Assembly (NCBI GenBank): GCA_963599235.1
Contig: CAVBWT010000012.1
Location: 3,147 to 67,146 of the forward strand
From: Lawsonibacter asaccharolyticus
Lineage (GTDB): Bacteria; Bacillota; Clostridia; Oscillospirales; Ruminococcaceae
DNA length: 64,000 nt
Direction: 5' to 3'
Position numbers and translations under genes: made by a program. Shown in pieces: positions 35,672 to 45,231 of this stretch (position 1 is the first letter of the stretch; each line of letters starts with the position of its first letter). A model generated the notes under the pieces. That model was not told the DNA's origin and did no database searches. It saw only the letters and a list, made by a program, of their open reading frames with translations.

Positions 35672-38131
35672 TTAACGATTAAATCGGTCAAACAGATGAG
35701 AAAGCCAGTTTTTATGGGTAGTCTTCTGGGGTGCAGATGCTGTGCGGACAGGTTGTGCAGTGGGCTGTTTCGCAGGCTGAGGTTTTGCAGCAGTCTGCGG
35801 ATGCTGCGGCACAGAGGGCATCTTGGATCTCGGCGTTTCGGATGCTGACACGGATGCCGGTTTTGCCTTTACCGATTCCGGCTTCGGTTCTGGTGCAGCA
35901 GGCTTTACTGCTTTGGGTGCCGGAGCGGAAGGCTTTACAGATTCGGAATCGGCTTCGACCGGCTTGACCGGGATCGCAGGTTTGGCCGATTGTTTCGGCG
36001 GCTCTACGGCAGGAGCCGCTTTCGGCTGAGGTTTTGCGGTCTTAGCCGGTTTTGCCGGACGGGAACTTGTCCAGTCATCTTTCAGCAGATCATACATTCC
36101 CATCTGGCTGTTGACAATGGCTTCTCCGACCGCAGGCTTTACCTTCTGGTAGCTGCCATCCGCCTTCATCTCACGGGCATTGACATTATCGTGGAGCTGA
36201 AGCTGCAGGATATCAGTCAGCTTTTTGACGAGGATCGGGTCGTTGATACGGACACCGACCTCAACACGGCACTCGGTGTTCCGGGTCAGGAAGTCGCCGG
36301 ACGCGATGTAGATGCGAGTCGTCTGGCCGTCGTAGAAACTGTAAATACGGCCATGCTCCAGATAGCGGCCAACGAGACTGCGGATGTGCAGATTCTCAGT
36401 CTTGCCCGGCACTTCGGCGCGGACACAGCAGATGCCGCGAACGATCATATCAATGCGGACACCGGCGCAGCTGGCTTCCTGCAGTTTCAGGATGATGTCA
36501 CGGTCGCTGATGGAGTTGTTTTTCAGAATCATAGACGCCGGACGGCCCAGACGAGCAGCAGTGATGACGCGGTCCATCTCATCCAGCAGGACACTCTTGA
36601 AGCGGAGCGGTGCGACCAGCATCGTTTCGCTGGTCTCGGTCAGCTTCTGGACGGCAAGGTTCTGGAAAACATTCGATGCTTCCTCGCCGATCTCCGGATC
36701 TGCAGTGATGAAAGAATAATCGGTGTACAGCTCGCTGGTCTTTTCGTTGTAGTTTCCGGTTCCGATCTGAGTGATGTACGAATAACCGTCGGCGTGTTTT
36801 TTGGTGATAAGGGTCAGCTTGGAGTGAACTTTGTAATCCTCGAAGCCGTAGATGACTGTGCATCCGGCCTCTTCCAACTGTTTCGACCAGTCGATATTGT
36901 TCTGCTCATCAAAACGGGCACGCAGTTCGACCAGTGCCACAACTTCCTTGCCATTCTCGGCAGCCTCAATCAAAGCCTGCACGATCTGGGATTCCCGTGC
37001 CATCCGGTAGAGAGTCATCTTGATGGAGATGACATCCGGGTCATTCGCAGCCTTTTTCAGCATTGCGATAAAGGGTCGGATAGACTGGTACGGGTAGCTG
37101 AGGAGAACATCGTGCTTCTGTACTTCCTCCGCAAGGTCATAGTCCTGCGGCGGAAGCATCGGCCGTGCCGCCGGGTAGAACAGTTCGGGGTGGTTATCCC
37201 CTTCCATCTTGCTGGTCAGTTTGTAGAAAAAGCTCAGGTCAAGCGGACTCTTCTGCTCGAAGACGCGCTTGTGGCTGAGTTCCAGCTTGGCGCAGAGCAG
37301 ACGGGTGACCTCGGTGGGAGCGGAAGGCGTGACCTGCAGGCGGACAGCAGCCAGCTTGCGGCGGCGTTTAAGCAGGTCGGCCATGATCTCACGGTAGTCG
37401 ATATCGTGATCCATCATGCCCTCTTTGACGTCGATATCGGCGTTGCGCGTGACACGGAAGACGCACTTTTCCTGAATGGCTTCCTTGCCGAAGATGAGGG
37501 GCGCAAAGTGCATCACCAGCTCTTCTACGAGCGCAAACTGGGTCTGGCCGTCCTTTTTGATGAGGTGCATCCGCTCCATCTGGCTGGAAATGGGAACGAT
37601 GCCGAGACTCGGCTCACTCATATGCTTTTCCTTCAGGAGAACGCCCAGATAGATCTCTTTATTGCGGAGGAACGGGAACGGGTGGCGGTTATCGACGATC
37701 TGCGGACTCAAAATCGGGAACAGTTCACTCTGGAAATACTTCTTCCAGAAATGTTCCTCCTCCCGGGTGAGGTTCGAGAAATCGACCTTTTTATAGCCGT
37801 TCTCCGCCAGATTTTCAAGGGCCTTGGCGTAATATTTATCGCACTCTTCCTGCAGCTGCGCTGTCTTGGGCATGATGGCATTCAGCTGTTCCTCGGCGGT
37901 CATGTTCGTCTTGTTTTCACGCTTTTCCTTTTTGCCGCGCATCAGGTTCGCGCGCTCCTGCAAAGAGCCAACGCGCACCATGAAGAATTCGTCCAGATTG
38001 GAACCATAAATAGCAAGGAATTTGACCTGTTCTCCCAGCGGAACGTTTTTATCTTTTCCCAGCACGAGTACACGCCGGTTAAAATCCAGCCAGCTCAATT
38101 CGCGGTTGATGAAAATGCTATCCTCTTTCAT
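35672..38131 (-). CDS. ppk: Polyphosphate kinase 1 with a 131-aa Lys/Pro/Ala-rich C-terminal extension
   Basis: FINRELSWLDFNRRVL N-domain start and PLD-like HKD regions (VHSKLTLI, HGRIYSF). Start set to ATG 38131 (GGAAAGGGG upstream), which aligns about 10 aa before the ELSWL motif as in E. coli PPK. Confidence 0.9.
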   Translation of the reverse strand: MKEDSIFINRELSWLDFNRRVLVLGKDKNVPLGEQVKFLAIYGSNLDEFFMVRVGSLQERANLMRGKKEKRENKTNMTAEEQLNAIMPKTAQLQEECDKYYAKALENLAENGYKKVDFSNLTREEEHFWKKYFQSELFPILSPQIVDNRHPFPFLRNKEIYLGVLLKEKHMSEPSLGIVPISSQMERMHLIKKDGQTQFALVEELVMHFAPLIFGKEAIQEKCVFRVTRNADIDVKEGMMDHDIDYREIMADLLKRRRKLAAVRLQVTPSAPTEVTRLLCAKLELSHKRVFEQKSPLDLSFFYKLTSKMEGDNHPELFYPAARPMLPPQDYDLAEEVQKHDVLLSYPYQSIRPFIAMLKKAANDPDVISIKMTLYRMARESQIVQALIEAAENGKEVVALVELRARFDEQNNIDWSKQLEEAGCTVIYGFEDYKVHSKLTLITKKHADGYSYITQIGTGNYNEKTSELYTDYSFITADPEIGEEASNVFQNLAVQKLTETSETMLVAPLRFKSVLLDEMDRVITAARLGRPASMILKNNSISDRDIILKLQEASCAGVRIDMIVRGICCVRAEVPGKTENLHIRSLVGRYLEHGRIYSFYDGQTTRIYIASGDFLTRNTECRVEVGVRINDPILVKKLTDILQLQLHDNVNAREMKADGSYQKVKPAVGEAIVNSQMGMYDLLKDDWTSSRPAKPAKTAKPQPKAAPAVEPPKQSAKPAIPVKPVEADSESVKPSAPAPKAVKPAAPEPKPESVKAKPASVSASETPRSKMPSVPQHPQTAAKPQPAKQPTAQPVRTASAPQKTTHKNWLSHLFDRFNR

Positions 38132-38321
38132 ACAGAATCCCCTTTCCACCTCGTCATGCAAGACGGTCGTCCGTTCAGTTACACCAAAACTGCCGCAGTT
38201 TTCCCCATCGAGCCGGGCACGGCACCGACAGGATGCGCAAGTTTCTTCCATTGTACCATATTCTTCCCAAAAAGAAAGCCCCCTGCATCATAAATACAGA
38301 GAGCTTTACACAATTTTTACT

Positions 38322-39149
38322 TTAGTTTTCCGCGCTGCGGACAAAACGGTAGAGTACCTCAGCGGCAGCACCGGTATTATGATCCGTCAGGGTAACTTCG
38401 TCTGCAGCGAGACGGAGTTCAGCCAGAGCGTCCGCCGGTACCACACTGTGTCCGGCCAGCTTCATGAGGTCGAGCATCTGGGCGCAGTCGGCAACGATGG
38501 TCAGCTCCTCTTCGGTCCAGCCAGACGGAGTGCAGACTGCACTCACCATCGCGGAACCGGAAACAAGGCTGGGCGTCAGCACCAGAACATCCGCTGCAAT
38601 GCGCTCAGAATGGAGCAGACCAAGCGCATCGCCCAAAGATTTTTCCAGCATCGAAACCAGAGGCGTCTGCTTTTTATCCTGATAGAGCAGTATGCGCAGA
38701 ACATCCTCGCCCCGGATATCTGCCGCATTGCTGAGGACAAAGGGCGTGAACTCCTGCCGGAGATGCTGCTCGAGCGCATCGCTCATCCGCAGGACCCGGG
38801 TCGAGCCGTCCGCCATCTGCAAAGCGATGCCAAGACCCGTGGAAGAGGGCAGATTTTTGAGGACTGTGTCCTCCTGTCCGGCAAAACTGCAGAGCGGCTG
38901 GCCGCTGCCCTCGGAAAAACTGTACGCCAATGTGCCGCCGCAGACCAGAGCCGGTGCGCTCAGACGCACACCGCCTAAAATCGTCCGGACTGCACGAGGC
39001 GACCGCTGGGAAAAGACGGTCAGCTTTCCGCCCCGGCTGCCGAACAGCTGAAGCACATCCCGAAGCACCTGCGGAATGCTGTTTTCCTCATTGAGGAGCA
39101 GGTTATCCAAATCGCAGAGGACCAGGGTCGAATCCAGTGTCATCTTCAT
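38322..39149 (-). CDS. HAD-superfamily (Cof-like) hydrolase, atypical motifs
   Basis: LVLCDLDNLLL (DxD motif I, with Leu where Thr/Val is usual) and a Cof-like C-terminus (LMKLAGHSVVPADA...AADEVT). The usual GDxxND appears here as ADCAQMLD. Confidence 0.65.
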   Translation of the reverse strand: MKMTLDSTLVLCDLDNLLLNEENSIPQVLRDVLQLFGSRGGKLTVFSQRSPRAVRTILGGVRLSAPALVCGGTLAYSFSEGSGQPLCSFAGQEDTVLKNLPSSTGLGIALQMADGSTRVLRMSDALEQHLRQEFTPFVLSNAADIRGEDVLRILLYQDKKQTPLVSMLEKSLGDALGLLHSERIAADVLVLTPSLVSGSAMVSAVCTPSGWTEEELTIVADCAQMLDLMKLAGHSVVPADALAELRLAADEVTLTDHNTGAAAEVLYRFVRSAEN

Positions 39150-40078
39150 GATTTCCCCCTTCGGAGTGTCGCAAGAAAATGCGTAAAGTAATCGGGAAGC
39201 TCCGAATCAAACCGGAGAAATTCCCCTGTAATGGGATGGACAAAGCCCAGCGTTTTTGCGTGGAGGCACTGTCCGTGCAGGCTGGTGATGCAGTTATGCG
39301 ACCCATACACCGGATCGCCTGCCACCGGGTGATGGATGGACGCCATATGAACACGGATCTGATGGGTGCGGCCCGTCTTCAGACGGCATTCCAGCATGGT
39401 AAACTCGCTCAGACGTTCCAATACTTTGTAACCGGTATAGGCATACTTGGTGTGGGGTTCGGTGGACGGATAGACTGCCATCTTTTTGCGGTCGGTCTTG
39501 GAGCGTCCAAGGTTGCTCTCGACAAAGCCCTCGTCCTGCGCAAAGCCGCCGTAAACGATAGTGTTATAGGCACGCTCGACGCTGTGGACGGCCATCTGCT
39601 GCGACAGGCCAATATGGGTCGCGTCGTCTTTGGCAACTACCAGCAGACCGCTGGTATCCTTATCAATGCGGTGGACGATGCCGGGACGGATCTCTCCGCC
39701 AATGCCGGAAAGACTGCCTTTGCAGTGCCAGAGCAGAGCGTTGACAAGAGTCCCGTCCGGGTTGCCGGGAGCTGGATGGACGACCATCCCCTTTGGCTTG
39801 TTGACGACCAGAAGATGCTCGTCCTCATAGACGATATCCAGCGGAATATCCTGCGGCACAGCCTCGATGGGCTTTGCGTCGGGGATCTCCAGCAGAATGG
39901 TGTCGCCGGGCTTGAGTTTCAAGCTTTTTGCAACCGCCTTGCCGTTGCAGAGAACATGGCCGTCGGCCACGAGATTCTGCAAGGCACTCCGGGAAAGGCC
40001 GGTATCTTCGCCGCTCAGGAAGCGGTCGATGCGCTGACCTGCCGCTTCAGTCTCTACGATAAATTCACGCTGTTCCAT
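39146..40078 (-). CDS. rluD: RluA-family 23S rRNA pseudouridine synthase (RluD-like)
   Basis: N-terminal S4 domain and a catalytic HRIDKDTSGLLVVAKD motif. Confidence 0.9.
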   Translation of the reverse strand: MEQREFIVETEAAGQRIDRFLSGEDTGLSRSALQNLVADGHVLCNGKAVAKSLKLKPGDTILLEIPDAKPIEAVPQDIPLDIVYEDEHLLVVNKPKGMVVHPAPGNPDGTLVNALLWHCKGSLSGIGGEIRPGIVHRIDKDTSGLLVVAKDDATHIGLSQQMAVHSVERAYNTIVYGGFAQDEGFVESNLGRSKTDRKKMAVYPSTEPHTKYAYTGYKVLERLSEFTMLECRLKTGRTHQIRVHMASIHHPVAGDPVYGSHNCITSLHGQCLHAKTLGFVHPITGEFLRFDSELPDYFTHFLATLRRGKS

Positions 40079-40081
40079 CGG

Positions 40082-40564
40082 TCACTGCTCCTTGGGTGCT
40101 GACTCATCGCCGTGCAGCTCTTCAAGGAAGATGACAAGCACCCACAGGCCGACACCGACGCAGACACAGATATCGGCAAAGTTGAAGACCGCGAAATTCA
40201 TGAACAGCAGGTTGATGTAATCCACGACCTCGCCGTTCAGCACACGGTCGATAAGATTGCCGATGCCGCCGCCCAGCACAAGGATAAAAGCGATCTGCTG
40301 CAAGAGCTTGCCACGGCTGCGGAAGAACAGCTCATAGGCGACCAGAATCAGCGCGGCACTGGTGGCGATGATGAGAAAAAGCTGTTTGCCGCTGAGCAGG
40401 CTGAACGCCATGCCCTGATTGAGGACAAAGCGCAGCTCGACAACGTGCGGAATAAACGGCATGACTCCCACCGGCGCAAGGGTATTGACCGCCCACAGCT
40501 TGATGAGCTGGTCGATGCCGACCAGAGCGGCGACACAGACCAGATTGATGATGACAAACGCCAT
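40082..40564 (-). CDS. lspA: Lipoprotein signal peptidase II
   Basis: 160 aa with 4 TM. GGGIGNLIDRV and FNFADI motifs. Confidence 0.9.
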   Translation of the reverse strand: MAFVIINLVCVAALVGIDQLIKLWAVNTLAPVGVMPFIPHVVELRFVLNQGMAFSLLSGKQLFLIIATSAALILVAYELFFRSRGKLLQQIAFILVLGGGIGNLIDRVLNGEVVDYINLLFMNFAVFNFADICVCVGVGLWVLVIFLEELHGDESAPKEQ

Positions 40565-40588
40565 AGTTTTCTCCTGTTGTTATCCAAC

Positions 40589-40642
40589 ATAAACAAAAGC
40601 ATCTGCAACACTTTTCAACAATGATCCAAGAATTGCAGACGC
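40589..40642 (-). terminator. Terminator candidate after ileS
   Basis: GCGTCTGCAA...TTGCAGATGC 10-bp stem (one G-U pair) followed by TTTTGTTTATGTT on the minus strand. Confidence 0.5.
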
Positions 40643-40678
40643 CTTTTTTACTTTATGCGATAATCTAAGATTTTTAGG

Positions 40679-43474
40679 TTATGCCTCCACAACGCTGGCG
40701 CAGCGAGCGCAGAGAGTGGGGTGTGCAGGATGAGTGCCAATGTCTGCGGAATACTTCCAGCAGCGTTCACACTTATCGCCGGTAGCGTGTGCGGCAGCAA
40801 CACCCAGACCCTCGACAGCGGATGCAGCACCGCCCTCGCCCTTGACGAGTTCGACATGAGAGACGATCATCAGGTCTGCCAGCTCATCCATCGGGATGCT
40901 GTTCAGCAGATCATAGACGGCATCGCTGCAGTACAGGGTGACGGAAGCCTCGAGAGAAGCACCGATGGTCTTCTCGGCACGAGCCTGCTCCAGAACCTTC
41001 TTGACCTCGTCGCGGACAGCAATGAGCTGAGCCCACTTTGCCTTGAACGCATCGTCTGCGGCGTACTTGCCAGCCTTGGGCATATCCTCGAAGACGACGT
41101 ATTTGTTCATACCCTCGGTCTTGGGCAGGAAGTCCCAGATCTCCTGACTGGTGAAGCAGAGGATCGGAGCGATGATCTTGTCCAGAGCGATCAGGATCTT
41201 ATACATGGTGGTCTGTGCTGCGCGGCGAGCAACGCCGTTGGTGCAGTACAGGCGATCCTTGGTGACATCCAGATAGAAGTTGGACATTGCGACGACGCAG
41301 AAGTTGTAAACCGCATGGTAGACCTTGTTGAAGTCATACACGGCATAACCTGCGTTGGTAGCCACCAGCAGGTCATCCAGAGCAGCCAGTGCCCAGCGGT
41401 CGATATCCTGCAGCTGGTCGTCGGAAACACAATCGGTGTTGGGGTTGAAACCGTCGAGGTTGCCGAGGATGAAGCGAGCAGTATTGCGGATCTTACGGTA
41501 AGCCTCGCTCAGCTGCTTGAAGATGTTCTTGCCGGCGCGGACGTCGACGGTGTAATCGGAAGAAGCGACCCACAGGCGGATGATATCAGCACCGTAGTCC
41601 TTGATGATCTCGCTGGGCTCGACGCCGTTGCCTGCGCTCTTGTGCATCTGCTTGCCCTGCTCGTCAACGACCCAGCCGTGGCACAGGACGGACTTGTAAG
41701 GAGCGCAGCCCTTGCTTGCGACACTGGTCAGCAGGCTGGACTGGAACCAGCCGCGGAACTGGTCGCCGCCTTCCATATACATATCTGCCGGGAAGCGCAG
41801 CTCCGGACGCTCTTCCAGAACAGCAGCATGGGTAGAACCGGAATCGAACCAGACATCCATGATATCGGTGTCCTTAGTCCACTCGGAAGCACCGCAGTTC
41901 TCGCAGACCTCGCCAGCAGGGATGATCTGCTCTGCTTCGTACTTATACCAAGCGTCGGAACCTTCCTTGCGGAACAGGTCGCTGACAGCCTTGATGGTAG
42001 CATCGGTGATGTGGTACCTGCCGCACTTCTTGCAGTAGAAGGCCGGGATGGGAACGCCCCAAGTACGCTGACGGCTGATGCACCAGTCGTTACGGTCGCG
42101 AACCATGCCCTTCATGCGGTCATGACCCCAATCCGGCATCCAGGTGACCGTGTCGATGGCCTTGTAGACATCCTCACGGAATCTGGAGATGGAGCAGAAC
42201 CATTGCTCAGTCGCACGGAAGATGATGGGGTTGTGGCAACGCCAGCAGTGCGGATACTGGTGCTTGATATGCACCTGACCCATGACAGCACCGGAGGCAG
42301 TTAGGTCAGCCAGAATGGTCTTGTTGGCATCCCAGACGCGCTGGCCTGCGTACTTGCCAGCCAGTTCAGTCAGGTAGCCGCCATCGTCCACGGGAACGGT
42401 GATGGGAACCTGCGGATACTTCTGGCAGACATTGAAGTCGTCAACGCCGTGGCCGCCTGCGGTATGGACGCAGCCGGAACCGCTTTCGAGGGTGACGTGG
42501 TCGCCCAGAATGACAGTGCCTTCCTTGGGCAGATAGACGTGGTTGTAACGCATCAGCTCGAACTCTGCACCGCTGACCGGCTCACCGACGATCTCATAGT
42601 TCTCAATGTGGCAGGCGTCCATAACGTTCTTGACCAGCTCAGTCGCCATGATATGATACTCCTCGCCGATCTTGACGAAGGAATACTCAAACTGACCGTT
42701 CAGGCAGATCGCCTCGTTTGCCGGCAGGGTCCAAGTGGTCGTAGTCCAGATGACGAAGTAGGTCTTATCCATCGGGATACCGTACTTTGCCAGCACACCG
42801 TTGGGATCCTGAGAAACGTGGAAGCGGACGAAGATAGAATCGCAGTCATCCTCGCCGTACTCGATCTCAGCCTCAGCCAGAGCAGTGCGGCAGTCCGGGC
42901 ACCAGTAGACCGGCTTCAGACCCTTGTAGATATAGCCTTTCTTTGCCATCTCGCCGAAGATCTCGATCTGACGAGCCTCGAACTCAGGCTTCAGGGTCAG
43001 ATAGGGATGCTCGAAATCACCGATGACACCCAGACGCTTGAACTGGTCGCTCATGATGTCGATATGCTCGGTAGCAAACTTCTCGCAGATCTGGCGCAGC
43101 TCCAGCTTGGAGATGTCCTTCTTCTTGTCGCCGACAGAGGACAGAGCTTTCAGCTCAATGGGCAGGCCGTGGGTATCAAAGCCGGGAACATAGGGAGCCT
43201 GAAAGCCCTCCATGTTCTTCTCACGGATGATGATATCCTTGATGATCTTGTTCAGTGCAGTACCCATATGGATATTACCGTTTGCATACGGCGGGCCGTC
43301 ATGCAAGATGAACTGGGGCTTGCCCTCATTATGCTTCATCAGGTTGTTGTACAGGTCGTTGTCTTCCCAATCCTTGAGCATGACCGGCTCCTTTTTGGGC
43401 AGACCGGCACGCATCTCGAACAGGGTCTTCGGCAGATTCAGGGTACTGTCGTACTGAGACTTATTCTTAGCCAA
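40679..43474 (-). CDS. ileS: Isoleucine--tRNA ligase
   Basis: 931 aa with PYANGNIHMGT (HIGH), KQMHKSAGN (KMSKS), an editing domain and a C-terminal zinc finger (CERCWKY...CARC). Confidence 0.97.
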   Translation of the reverse strand: MAKNKSQYDSTLNLPKTLFEMRAGLPKKEPVMLKDWEDNDLYNNLMKHNEGKPQFILHDGPPYANGNIHMGTALNKIIKDIIIREKNMEGFQAPYVPGFDTHGLPIELKALSSVGDKKKDISKLELRQICEKFATEHIDIMSDQFKRLGVIGDFEHPYLTLKPEFEARQIEIFGEMAKKGYIYKGLKPVYWCPDCRTALAEAEIEYGEDDCDSIFVRFHVSQDPNGVLAKYGIPMDKTYFVIWTTTTWTLPANEAICLNGQFEYSFVKIGEEYHIMATELVKNVMDACHIENYEIVGEPVSGAEFELMRYNHVYLPKEGTVILGDHVTLESGSGCVHTAGGHGVDDFNVCQKYPQVPITVPVDDGGYLTELAGKYAGQRVWDANKTILADLTASGAVMGQVHIKHQYPHCWRCHNPIIFRATEQWFCSISRFREDVYKAIDTVTWMPDWGHDRMKGMVRDRNDWCISRQRTWGVPIPAFYCKKCGRYHITDATIKAVSDLFRKEGSDAWYKYEAEQIIPAGEVCENCGASEWTKDTDIMDVWFDSGSTHAAVLEERPELRFPADMYMEGGDQFRGWFQSSLLTSVASKGCAPYKSVLCHGWVVDEQGKQMHKSAGNGVEPSEIIKDYGADIIRLWVASSDYTVDVRAGKNIFKQLSEAYRKIRNTARFILGNLDGFNPNTDCVSDDQLQDIDRWALAALDDLLVATNAGYAVYDFNKVYHAVYNFCVVAMSNFYLDVTKDRLYCTNGVARRAAQTTMYKILIALDKIIAPILCFTSQEIWDFLPKTEGMNKYVVFEDMPKAGKYAADDAFKAKWAQLIAVRDEVKKVLEQARAEKTIGASLEASVTLYCSDAVYDLLNSIPMDELADLMIVSHVELVKGEGGAASAVEGLGVAAAHATGDKCERCWKYSADIGTHPAHPTLCARCASVVEA

Positions 43475-43532
43475 TGGTTACACACTCCTCTAATTTTTTC
43501 CTAGAAACTTTGCTTTGGGGAAGATTTTTATT

Positions 43533-44381
43533 TTATTCGCTGAACTTCACGCCCTGAAAAGCAGTGTAGTCCGGCGCGGTGGAAGCATCTGTGGGGGCAG
43601 CAGCTGCAGGTGCATCGGTGGGAGCCGACGGCGGATCAATCTTGAGTTCACTCTCATCCTTTGCCCAGAAATCTTCGCTGTTCTCCTCTTTTGCGTCGTC
43701 AGCGGTATCATTATCCGCTGCAGCGTCATCAGCGACAGTTGCTGCATCGTCCAGCTCTTCGGTCAGCTCAGCGGCCACCTGCTCGGCAGGCTCCTCTTCC
43801 TTGGTGCTGCCCTCGGCCTTTCCGTCCTCAGCAGCATCGTCGCCAGCAGGCTCTTCTTTCTGGTACTCCGGCAGACGGCTCAGAGACTCGACATGGCTGC
43901 GATAGAGGTTCAGCACGTCGGATTTGAACCGGGTGACTTCCAGACGGACGCGCTCATATTCGCGCTCTTCCGACAGCTTCTTCTCAGTTGCCTCGTTGAT
44001 GATCTCATCAGCACGGTCGCTGGCTTTCTGGAGCAGCTCGTTTGCGTCACGAATGATATCGTCACCGCGGAGATTCGCACGGTGAAGGATCTCCTCAGAT
44101 TTCTGGTTTGCTTCACGGATGACGCTCTCGCCCATCCGCTGCGCATTGATAAGCGCGCTCTTGAGCATATCGCCGTCCGCTTCATAGCTTGCCATCTCCT
44201 TATGGAGACGCTCATTTTCCGCTGTCAGGTCTGCGATCTGCTTGCGAAGTTCCTCGGCATCCTTATCGTTGAGGAGCAGCTGCTCTTCAACTTTATCGAG
44301 GAATCGGTCAACATCCTCAGTACGATAGCCGCGGAGGTTCTTCTCGAACTGCACGGAACGCACATCTTGTGGGGTCAGCAT
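43533..44381 (-). CDS. divIVA: DivIVA-domain cell division protein with acidic low-complexity tail
   Basis: MLTPQDVRSVQFEKNLRGYRTEDVDRFLDKV. ATG 44381 is preceded by GGAGG at 8 nt. Confidence 0.85.
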   Translation of the reverse strand: MLTPQDVRSVQFEKNLRGYRTEDVDRFLDKVEEQLLLNDKDAEELRKQIADLTAENERLHKEMASYEADGDMLKSALINAQRMGESVIREANQKSEEILHRANLRGDDIIRDANELLQKASDRADEIINEATEKKLSEEREYERVRLEVTRFKSDVLNLYRSHVESLSRLPEYQKEEPAGDDAAEDGKAEGSTKEEEPAEQVAAELTEELDDAATVADDAAADNDTADDAKEENSEDFWAKDESELKIDPPSAPTDAPAAAAPTDASTAPDYTAFQGVKFSE

Positions 44382-44409
44382 AATGGTTTCCTCCAATTTC
44401 ACTTAAAAT

Positions 44410-45231
44410 TCAATACTGGAAAAACTCGATAATGGCACGGTCTTTCCGGCTCTTTCCCGGCAGTGCAGTCAGGCAGAAGCGGCCTTTGCCGCGCACGGTG
44501 AATACATCGCCCTCATAGACGGGGGCATGAACGCTCTCCGAAGGCAGATGGTTGATCTCCACCCGGCCTGCAGTGATAAGGTCTGCAGCCATGCCGCGGC
44601 TGCACCGGAGCATCGCGGCAAGAACTGCGTCCAGACGAAGGGAGGACACCGTAGCGGTGTGCGTCTCCCGTTCCGCCTGCGGAAACTCCGGCAGCTCATC
44701 CAGCGGCAGAAGCTCCGTTATCAGATCCGTATGTCCAGCCTGATAAAGCTCCTGACAAATAAGGTCGGCGGCAGTCTCCAACGCGAAGACATAAGCCACG
44801 CCGGGCTGGTCGGCAGGCAGGACGATATCGCCCAGAGCCTCCCGTTTAAGTTCCAGCCCCATCAGACTTCCAAGGTAATCCCGGTGAGTCGGCGGCTCGA
44901 CTCCGGGCTGCATCCGGCATCGCAGCCGGACACAGCTCAGCGGATTTCCCGGGAAACATCCCTCCGGCTCAAGGCAGAGCAGCTTTCGCTCCGCACCCGG
45001 CCAGCCGCCATCGAAATGATATTCCTCTGTGCCAAACCGGTTCAAAGCTGCTTTAGCCAGATCCTGTTCCCGGTCGCTCAGAAAGCTCGAATATCGCGCA
45101 ATGCCCCGTGACTGAGCGGTACGCGCCAGATCCTCGATATGGCGCATAAGATACCGCTCTTCATCATTGCGAGCCGGGATAAATCCCCGAGCCGCCTTGG
45201 GCACAGATTCGGTATCAATAGAACGCACCAT
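44410..45231 (-). CDS. ylmH: YlmH-like S4-domain RNA-binding protein
   Basis: C-terminal S4 domain (LRLDAVLAAMLRCSRGMAADLITAGRVEINH). The start is uncertain: ATG 45231 overlaps the end of sepF, and GTG 45204 fits the alignment with B. subtilis YlmH. The longest ORF (to 45393) lies inside sepF and is rejected. Confidence 0.65.
   Translation of the reverse strand: MVRSIDTESVPKAARGFIPARNDEERYLMRHIEDLARTAQSRGIARYSSFLSDREQDLAKAALNRFGTEEYHFDGGWPGAERKLLCLEPEGCFPGNPLSCVRLRCRMQPGVEPPTHRDYLGSLMGLELKREALGDIVLPADQPGVAYVFALETAADLICQELYQAGHTDLITELLPLDELPEFPQAERETHTATVSSLRLDAVLAAMLRCSRGMAADLITAGRVEINHLPSESVHAPVYEGDVFTVRGKGRFCLTALPGKSRKDRAIIEFFQY

Noticed and set aside
38132-38251. Cys-rich 40-aa N-terminal extension of PPK (MEETCASCRCRARLDGENCGSF...), which looks like a zinc-binding motif.
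   Set aside because: The conserved PPK1 N-terminus starts at M41, which has its own RBS. The extension's ATG overlaps a -10-like TACAAT. It is most likely untranslated leader.
43475-43532. Expected T-box leader upstream of ileS; the 93 nt upstream of thrC (28769..28861) were also checked.
   Set aside because: Only 58 nt separate divIVA from ileS, with no specifier or T-box sequence. The regions are far too short for T-box riboswitches, so ileS is probably co-transcribed with divIVA.
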